In this document: positions 35,819 through 42,559 of the stretch, in pieces
How the letters are laid out: the number at the start of each line of letters is the position of its first letter
How positions within the stretch are numbered: position 1 is the first letter of the stretch
Sequence record: SRR20825019_475
Length of the DNA: 42,559 nucleotides
Reading direction: 5' to 3' (one strand)
Made by a program: the position numbers and the translations under genes
The notes under the pieces: model-generated
Database searches by the model: none
The model's input: the letters and a program-made list of their open reading frames with translations, nothing else
Told to the model about the DNA's origin: nothing

Positions 35819-38800
35819 ATGTTTCTGACCCGTATCAGCGTCAATCACCCCGTGTTTGCGACCATGATCATGGTCGCGATCATGGTCTTCGGTGTCTATT
35901 CCTATCAGCGCCTGCCAATCGAGCAATTGCCCGATATCGACTTTCCGGTCGTGGCCGTCGTCGTCAGCTATCCCGGCGCCTCCCCTGAGGCGGTCGAGGC
36001 CGATGTGATCGAACCCATCGAGGATGCGGTCAATACGATTGCCGGGCTCGACACCATCCAGTCCACCGCACAGGCCGGCCAGGCCATGGTGCTGATGATC
36101 TTCAATCTCGAAGCGGATTCTCAGCAAAAGGCGCTCGACGTTCGCGACAAGCTTGACCCCGTAAAGGCAGCGCTGCCCGATGGGGCAGGGGATCCGCGCG
36201 TGCTGCGCTTTGATCCGAGCGCCCTGCCGGTGCTCTCGCTGGCTGTCAGCTCGGACACGCTGTCGGATCGGGACCTGACGGCGTTGACCGAAGATGTCAT
36301 TGCCCGCCGCATTTCAAATATTGACGGCGTGGGCAGCGCGACCGTGGTCGGTGGCGTGCCGCGTCAGCTCAATATCGAGATCGACCCGGACCGGCTGGCC
36401 GCGTTCAATATCAGCCCGGGCTCCGTGGTTTCGGCGCTGCAGGCAGCCAATAAGGACCTGGCGGCCGGCTCGATTACCCAGGACAGCATCGTCCAGTCGA
36501 TCCAGGTGCTGGGGCGGCTCGAAGACGAGCAGGACTTCTATGAGGTCACCGTGGGCAACCAGGGTGGCCAGCCGGTCACGCTGCGCGATGTGGCCACCAT
36601 TGTCGATGGGACCGGCGAGGCTTCAAGCCTGGCCATTCTGAATGGCCAGCGGGCCCTGGCGGTGGACATTCTCAAGACCCAGGGCGCCAACACCGTCGGC
36701 GTTGCCGAGGAAATCCGTCACACTATTGATGATTTGCTCGAAGGCGAATTGCCCGAAGGGGTCAATATCGAGGTCGTGGTCGACAATGCCGAACCAGTGG
36801 AAAATTCCTTCCACGCGGTTCAGAACATGCTGATCGAAGGCGCGATCCTGGCCGTTGTCATCGTGTTCCTGTTCCTCAATTCCTGGCGTTCTACCGTTAT
36901 CACCGGGCTGACGCTGCCGATCTCGATCATTGGCACGATGATCGCGCTCAACTTCCTCGGCTTTACGCTCAACATGATGACCCTGCTGGCGCTGTCGCTG
37001 GCCGTGGGCATCCTGATCGACGATGCCATCGTGGTGCGCGAGAACATCACCCGGCATCTGCACATGGGCAAATCGCACAGGCAGGCGGCGTTTGACGGTA
37101 CCAATGAAATCGGCCTGGCGGTGATGGCAACGACCTTGTCCATAGTGGCGGTGTTCCTGCCTGTCGCCTTCATGGACGGGATCATGGGGCGCTTCTTCCT
37201 GCAGTTCGGCGTCACCGTTTCGGTGGCCGTGCTGATCTCGCTGTTCGTGGCCTTCACGCTCGACCCGATGATGTCGAGTGTCTGGTATGACCCGGCGGCC
37301 AATCCCAATGCCAAGCGCGGGCCGATCGGCCGGGCGGTGCATCAGTTCGACCGGCTCTTCACCTGGTTCACCCAGGGCTATCGTCATCTGATCCGCTGGG
37401 GGCTGAAGTTCCGCAAGTCGGTGCTGCTGATTGCGCTGATGTCCTTTGTCGGCACCTTCTTCCTGTTTCCACAGGTGGGTGTGGAGTTCATCCCGGTGAC
37501 GGACAATGGCAATTTCACCATCTCGGTGGAAACGCCGTCCGGTTCCTCCAAGGAGGCGACGGCGGCCAAGCTCTATCAGGCCGAAACGGTCATCAATAGT
37601 TTCCCCGAGGTCGAGACGATCTATTCCACCATTGGTGGCGGGGTGGCTGCTGCCGGGGCCAATTCGGGCACCATGACAGTGACCCTGGTCGACAAGGCGC
37701 TGCGCGACATCACACCGGTCGAGCTGATGCCGCGGGTCCGCGCGGCGCTGGAGGCGGTGCCAGGCGCCACCTTCCAGGTGTCGGCGGCCTCCGGCATGGG
37801 CGGGAGTTCGGCGCCGGTCTCGGTGACGCTTTACGGCGACAGCTTTGAAGTGCTTGGCCGGCTGGGCGACGAGCTCGAAGCCAAGATGGCCGAAATACCG
37901 GGCCTGATCGATATTTCATCGAGCCTGGATGAAGCGCAGGCGGTTGTCGGCATTCGCATCAATCGCGACCTGGCCGACGATCTTGGCGTGTCCATGGGCC
38001 AGATTGCGGCCACGCTTGGGCCGTTGATTGCGGGCGAGGATGTGGCCGACTGGACCGCCCAGAACGGCCAGGTCTATTCGGTGGTGGTGCGTCTGCCTGA
38101 ATCCCTGCGCAACGATGCGACTTCGCTGGCAAACCTGCCCATCGCTCAGTCCGGCGCCACTGGTTCAAGCCAGATGGTGACGCTCGGCCAGATCGCTGAC
38201 GTTGTCGAAAGCGTCGGTCCGGCGACCATCAACCGGCAGGATTTGCAGCGTGGCGTCACCATCGAAGCCCATCTCGAAGGGGTGGAATTGGGGACCGTGA
38301 CGCCGCAATTGCAGGCCGCGGTGGCCGCATTGACGCTGCCCACCGGCTACAGCACCTCGTTCGGCGGCGATGTCGAGCAGATCGGGGAAACCATGGGCGC
38401 GGTCGGTTCGGCGCTGCTGCTGGCGGTGATCTTCATCTACCTGGTGCTGGCCAGCCAGTTCGGCAGCTTCCTGCAACCGATTGCCATCATGGGCTCGCTG
38501 CCACTGGCCCTGATCGGGGTGATGGTGGGATTGCTGGTTGGCGGCTCGACGCTCAACATGTTCTCGGCCATCGGGTTCATCATGCTGATGGGCCTGGTGG
38601 TGAAGAACGCGATCCTGCTGGTCGACAATGCCAATCAGCACGTCAAGGAGGGCTGGAACCTCTATGAGGCGCTGGTGGAAGCGGGTTCGACGCGGTTCCG
38701 GCCGATCATCATGACGACGCTGGCGATGATCTTCGGCATGTTGCCGCTGGCCCTCAACCTGCATGGCGGCAGCGGCGAAAATGCCCCAATGGCCCATGCG

Positions 38801-38947
38801 GTGATCGGCGGGTTGATCAGTTCGACGGCGCTGACGCTGCTCGTGGTGCCGGTGTTGCTGACCTATATCGACCAGTTCAGCCGGTTCACCCGCCGCTTCC
38901 TGCCCAAGGCGCCGAATGATGGCGAACATGCGCAAGCGCCAATGTAA
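35819..38947 (+). CDS. RND efflux permease (AcrB/AcrD/AcrF family)
   Basis: 1042 aa; YPGASPE, IDDAIVVRENI, VKNAILLVD, RFRPIIMTT. Confidence 0.96.
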   Translation: MFLTRISVNHPVFATMIMVAIMVFGVYSYQRLPIEQLPDIDFPVVAVVVSYPGASPEAVEADVIEPIEDAVNTIAGLDTIQSTAQAGQAMVLMIFNLEADSQQKALDVRDKLDPVKAALPDGAGDPRVLRFDPSALPVLSLAVSSDTLSDRDLTALTEDVIARRISNIDGVGSATVVGGVPRQLNIEIDPDRLAAFNISPGSVVSALQAANKDLAAGSITQDSIVQSIQVLGRLEDEQDFYEVTVGNQGGQPVTLRDVATIVDGTGEASSLAILNGQRALAVDILKTQGANTVGVAEEIRHTIDDLLEGELPEGVNIEVVVDNAEPVENSFHAVQNMLIEGAILAVVIVFLFLNSWRSTVITGLTLPISIIGTMIALNFLGFTLNMMTLLALSLAVGILIDDAIVVRENITRHLHMGKSHRQAAFDGTNEIGLAVMATTLSIVAVFLPVAFMDGIMGRFFLQFGVTVSVAVLISLFVAFTLDPMMSSVWYDPAANPNAKRGPIGRAVHQFDRLFTWFTQGYRHLIRWGLKFRKSVLLIALMSFVGTFFLFPQVGVEFIPVTDNGNFTISVETPSGSSKEATAAKLYQAETVINSFPEVETIYSTIGGGVAAAGANSGTMTVTLVDKALRDITPVELMPRVRAALEAVPGATFQVSAASGMGGSSAPVSVTLYGDSFEVLGRLGDELEAKMAEIPGLIDISSSLDEAQAVVGIRINRDLADDLGVSMGQIAATLGPLIAGEDVADWTAQNGQVYSVVVRLPESLRNDATSLANLPIAQSGATGSSQMVTLGQIADVVESVGPATINRQDLQRGVTIEAHLEGVELGTVTPQLQAAVAALTLPTGYSTSFGGDVEQIGETMGAVGSALLLAVIFIYLVLASQFGSFLQPIAIMGSLPLALIGVMVGLLVGGSTLNMFSAIGFIMLMGLVVKNAILLVDNANQHVKEGWNLYEALVEAGSTRFRPIIMTTLAMIFGMLPLALNLHGGSGENAPMAHAVIGGLISSTALTLLVVPVLLTYIDQFSRFTRRFLPKAPNDGEHAQAPM

Positions 38948-38955
38948 GTCGACAC

Positions 38956-38986
38956 GCGCCCGGCCCAGTGCCGGGCGCTTGCTTTT
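38956..38986 (+). terminator. Rho-independent terminator
   Basis: GCGCCCGGC-ccagt-GCCGGGCGC followed by TTGCTTTT. Confidence 0.7.
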
Positions 38987-39168
38987 GGCGGGGGAGCAGC
39001 GTATCCGGTCAGGGCCGGTCTGCAGTTCACCGAGGCGTCGCCGTCCCGACAAGGGAAGCTAAACCTGCCTGATCTCGATCTTCGACCCGCACTTTCCTCG
39101 TGCCCGTCGCAAGCCGGCGACCACCGACACTGCCCTTCAGGCAGCTCTGGGCACGCTGAGGATGCGCC

Positions 39169-39690
39169 ATGTCGAGACAGATTCAATCCCTGACCATTCC
39201 CGATCTATCGGCTTTCGCCAAATCGCTGCGGACGCAGCTTGCAGCCGTCGATGACACGCCCAGCCATGTCGAAGTTCTGACCATGCTGGCGCGGGCCGCG
39301 GGGTTCCGCAACTACCAGCATTTCAAGGCGGCCAGTGCGGAGCGGTCACCGGCCGAACCCGTGGATTTGGCGCTGGTGGAGAAAGTGTCCCGGCACTTCG
39401 ATGCCCAGGGTGTGCTGATGCGCTGGCCTTCGCGGAACAGCCTGCAGCCGCTTTGCCTTTGGGCACTTTGGGCCAGGATGGAGCCGGGGCGGGAATATGC
39501 CGACCGGGAAAATACCGAATTACTCAATGGCCTGGCCAGCTTTGGCGACCACGCCCTGTTGCGCCGTGCTCTGGTGGATATGGGCTATGTCGCGCGGACG
39601 CGCGACAGCCGCACCTATCGGCGCATCGAACAGAAGCCGCCCGCGGAACTGTCCGCATTGCTGCGGCGCATCGCGCTCATCCAAGGCTAG
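39169..39690 (+). CDS. DUF2087 domain protein
   Basis: ARAAGFRNYQH N-terminal part; RWPSR...EYADRE...FGDHALLRRALVD.G...R....TYRR. Confidence 0.8.
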   Translation: MSRQIQSLTIPDLSAFAKSLRTQLAAVDDTPSHVEVLTMLARAAGFRNYQHFKAASAERSPAEPVDLALVEKVSRHFDAQGVLMRWPSRNSLQPLCLWALWARMEPGREYADRENTELLNGLASFGDHALLRRALVDMGYVARTRDSRTYRRIEQKPPAELSALLRRIALIQG

Positions 39691-39905
39691 ACGCGTTTGG
39701 AAATACGCTGCATGGCAACCTTGGAGACAAGGTTGCCAATCGCCACTGCCTGGTTCTGCTGGATTGCCGCGAGGCTATTGGCGAGGGCGGCCTGCTTTTG
39801 CGCCATGGCCAAAGCCTCGGCCCTGCGGCCACGCTGATACTGCAGCCGCTCGTAGGATGAGAGCTCATACATGTTGAAGCGCGTAATCTTGCCTGAATAG
39901 CTCAT
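39687..39905 (-). CDS. 72-aa hypothetical protein, tandem paralog 1
   Basis: Clear similarity to 40021-40242 (LSxYERxQYQRxRRA...GNLxSKxAMQRISK). Confidence 0.85.
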   Translation of the reverse strand: MSYSGKITRFNMYELSSYERLQYQRGRRAEALAMAQKQAALANSLAAIQQNQAVAIGNLVSKVAMQRISKRV

Positions 39906-40020
39906 GGCGCAAGCCTGAACCTTGGCGCTTTACGGCAAGTAAATTTGTTCGGTCTGTTTTGTGGCGGTTGCGCAGTGCTTCGCTCGACCAAACAGGTTTG
40001 CCAGTAAATCCGATGGATAT

Positions 40021-40242
40021 TCAGGCGGTCTTGGAGATGCGCTGCATGGCCATCTTGGAAAACAGATTGCCGGTTTCCACCGCGCTGTTGCTCTGGATCG
40101 AGGCGAAACTGTTCGCCGTGCTGGCATTTTTTTGGGCGATCTCGGCGGCGGCGGCCCGGCGCTCGCGCTGATACTGGATCCGCTCATAAGGAGAGAGCTG
40201 ATGCATATTGTATCGGTTGATCTTGGTGCTGCCGTAAGCCAT
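40021..40242 (-). CDS. 73-aa hypothetical protein, tandem paralog 2
   Basis: Paralog of 39687-39905 with the reading frame conserved. Confidence 0.85.
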   Translation of the reverse strand: MAYGSTKINRYNMHQLSPYERIQYQRERRAAAAEIAQKNASTANSFASIQSNSAVETGNLFSKMAMQRISKTA

Positions 40243-40263
40243 GCCACAAGCTTCGCCGATTAT

Positions 40264-40280
40264 GGTTAATCGGGTCTTAA
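40264..40280 (-). promoter_or_regulatory. CtrA binding site
   Basis: Minus strand TTAA-GACCCGA-TTAACC, matching the TTAA-N7-TTAAC consensus; the second TTAA is 23 nt before the ATG. Confidence 0.7.
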
Positions 40281-40303
40281 ATGGTTAGCGACCGGTAAAG
40301 GCG

Positions 40304-40915
40304 TCAGTGCTGGGTGACGACGAGGCCCGCGGCACCGGCCATCATGGCGCCGGCTGTCTTGTTCAGGCGGCCAAGGGCTTTTTCGCTGCGGAACATGTCG
40401 CGCGCGGCAGAGGCCAGCCAGGCATAGCCGCAGCCGATCAGCAGCAGCACGACGACAACGATCGCGGTCAGCTCGATAAAGGCGACCGGGTTCATCTCAC
40501 CCAGCGGCACGACTGTCGGCAGGATCGCCAGATAGAAGACAATGGTCTTGGGATTGCCCATGGTCAGCGAAAATCCGGCCAGGAACGTCTTCCAGCGGCC
40601 TTCGTTCTTGGGTTTCATCTGTTCGGAGCCGGGGCGGGCGGTCCAGAACTTATAGGCGATATAGAGCAGATAAGCCGCGCCGGCCCAGCGCACGATGGTG
40701 AAGACCGGGCCGAACCAGGTGGCGATGGCGGCCAGGCCAAAAACGGCAAAGAAGAAATAAACCAGATCGCCGGCCAGAATGCCCAGCACCATGGGGAAGG
40801 CCCCCTTGAAGCCGCCGCCAAGGGCGCGGGCGACCACAGCGGCAACGCCCGGGCCGGGCACCAGAACGGCGATGGCATAGGCGATGGTGAAGGCGGAAAG
40901 GGTGAACAGGTCCAT
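40304..40915 (-). CDS. LysE/RhtB family translocator
   Basis: Start trimmed to MDLFTL. VPGPG, GAAYLLY, GNPKTIVFY. Confidence 0.92.
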   Translation of the reverse strand: MDLFTLSAFTIAYAIAVLVPGPGVAAVVARALGGGFKGAFPMVLGILAGDLVYFFFAVFGLAAIATWFGPVFTIVRWAGAAYLLYIAYKFWTARPGSEQMKPKNEGRWKTFLAGFSLTMGNPKTIVFYLAILPTVVPLGEMNPVAFIELTAIVVVVLLLIGCGYAWLASAARDMFRSEKALGRLNKTAGAMMAGAAGLVVTQH

Positions 40916-41099
40916 GGCGAGCATCCGATAATATCTGGCGGCGGACATTATCCCTGCGCCGGACACTTGGCCAGCGGGAGGTTGACGCAGGCGCTGGTTC
41001 GACTATTTAAAAGCTATCGCAACTCGACCGGAAGGTTCCCAATGGATCGCATCCTCTCAGCAACGCCCATCTGCCTTGCCCTTGAGGATTTGACGAACC

Positions 41100-42559
41100 A
41101 TGCCTTCCGTGACGCTTTCGCGACTGACCTATACCGGCCCTGACGGCCAGCCCCTTTTCACCAATCTCGATCTGACCTTCGGCACCGGTCGTACCGGGCT
41201 TGTCGGCCGCAACGGCGTGGGCAAGACCACGCTGCTGCGCCTGATAACCGGCGAGCTGACTCCGGGTTCCGGGACCATCAATCTGGTTGGCCGGGTCGGT
41301 GTGCTGCGTCAGTCCGTTCAGCCTGGGCCCGATGAAACCATTGCCGATCTGTTTGGTGTGCGGGCCGCGCTGGACCTGCTCGCACGCGCCATGGTCGGCG
41401 CGGCGGGTGCGGATGAATTGGCGGAGGCCGACTGGACGCTGGACGCGCGTCTGGCAGAGGCGCTCGAAACGCTGGCGCTGGATGTCGGACCTGACACCTT
41501 GCTTTCGACGCTCTCCGGCGGCCAGCGTACCCGAGCGGCGCTGGCGGCCCTGGTGTTCGATGTGCCCGATCTGATCCTGCTCGACGAGCCGACCAATAAT
41601 CTGGACACAGATGGTCGCGCTGCGGTCGCCGCGATGCTGGAGCGCTGGCGAGGTGCTGCCATCGTTATCAGCCACGACCGCGATCTGCTTGACCGCATGG
41701 ATGCCATCGTCGAGCTGACCAGTCTCGGGGCCACCACCTATGGCGGCAATTTCAGTCATTACCGGGAGCGGAAGGCCTCGGAGCTCGCGGCGGTCCAGCG
41801 CGACCTCAGCGTCGCCGAGCGGCAGGTGCGCGATGCGGCGCGCGCGGCGCAGGATGCTCGGGAGAAACAGGACAAGCGCGATGCGGGTGGGCGTCGCAAA
41901 GGCGCAAAGGGCGATATGCCCAAGATCGTCATGGGCGGCCTCAAGCGGCGCGCCGAAGCGACTGCGGGTGGGCTGGATTGGCTGGCGGAGAAGCAGGCCG
42001 ATGCGGCGCAGATGCAGGCAATCGAAGCGCGCTCGAAAATCGAGGTGCTGGCACTCTTTGCGGTGAAGCTGGCGCCGAGCGGGCTGCCGGCGGGAAAGGT
42101 GGTTCTGCGCGCCAGCGACCTTTCAGGCGGCTATAACCCGGAGCGACCGGTCATCAGCAATGCCAGTCTTGAAATTATCGGGCCAGAGCGTGTCGCCATC
42201 ACCGGACCGAACGGGTCGGGCAAGACCACGTTGCTCAAGCTGCTGACCGGCGCCTTGCAGCCGAGTGGCGGTAATGTGCAGGTTGGCGGGCCGATGGCGC
42301 TGCTGGACCAGCAGGTTGGGTTGCTGGAGCGGACCGACACGATCCTGGCCAATTTCCAGCGGCTCAATCCGGACAGTGCGATCAATGACTGTCGGTCAGT
42401 GCTGGCTGCGTTCAAGTTCCGCAATGACGCGGCCTTGCAACGCGTGGGCACATTGAGTGGCGGGGAAATGCTGCGCGCGGGTCTGGCCTGCGTGCTGGGC
42501 GGCAAGACCCCACCCATGCTGGTGGTTCTGGATGAGCCGACCAACCACCTCGACATCGA
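41100..42559 (+). CDS. ABC-F family ATP-binding protein (3' end beyond the window; absent from the ORF track)
   Basis: Manual translation MPSVTLSRLTY...GRNGVGKT...LSGGQ...LLDEPTNNLD...SHDR, then a linker, then GPNGSGKT...LSGGE...VLDEPTNHLD. Two nucleotide-binding domains, no TM. Confidence 0.92.
   Translation, partial: MPSVTLSRLTYTGPDGQPLFTNLDLTFGTGRTGLVGRNGVGKTTLLRLITGELTPGSGTINLVGRVGVLRQSVQPGPDETIADLFGVRAALDLLARAMVGAAGADELAEADWTLDARLAEALETLALDVGPDTLLSTLSGGQRTRAALAALVFDVPDLILLDEPTNNLDTDGRAAVAAMLERWRGAAIVISHDRDLLDRMDAIVELTSLGATTYGGNFSHYRERKASELAAVQRDLSVAERQVRDAARAAQDAREKQDKRDAGGRRKGAKGDMPKIVMGGLKRRAEATAGGLDWLAEKQADAAQMQAIEARSKIEVLALFAVKLAPSGLPAGKVVLRASDLSGGYNPERPVISNASLEIIGPERVAITGPNGSGKTTLLKLLTGALQPSGGNVQVGGPMALLDQQVGLLERTDTILANFQRLNPDSAINDCRSVLAAFKFRNDAALQRVGTLSGGEMLRAGLACVLGGKTPPMLVVLDEPTNHLDI

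Noticed and set aside
1-42559. tRNA, rRNA or integrase att site
   Set aside because: I recognised none by eye; a tRNAscan/Rfam run would be needed to exclude them formally.

Overview
GC-rich alphaproteobacterial (Hyphomicrobiales-like) DNA. Positions 1-33062 look like the right part of a large Tn7-like transposon. The core is tnsA - a 72-aa ORF - tnsB - tnsC - a long tniQ/tnsD (26481-32796), followed by an array of putative TnsB sites and a terminus ending TGACA at 33062. I found no matching opposite end, cas gene or CRISPR array in the window. Upstream of the tns genes lies an unusual module: an XRE regulator, two paralogous ORFs that resemble catalytically dead TnsA, a DUF6634-like protein and a soluble FtsH-like AAA+/M41 protease. 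The likely cargo interleaves heavy-metal genes (P1B-ATPase with MerR regulator, CDF, SmtB/CzrA-type ArsR, MntH, SCO, PCuAC, DsbA/DsbB, an LspA-like protein missing both catalytic Asp) with peptidoglycan-remodelling genes (FtsI-like PBP, two L,D-transpeptidase-family proteins, two M23 peptidases, BTLCP). It also carries a probable anti-phage cassette (dGTPase, a small ORF behind an SOS box, a Schlafen/AlbA_2 protein). Right of the terminus are host-like genes: a COG3904-like protein, a GbsR/MarR-RND efflux operon, DUF2087, two tandem small paralogs behind a CtrA box, LysE and a partial ABC-F. All family calls come from motifs read by eye; no database search was run.
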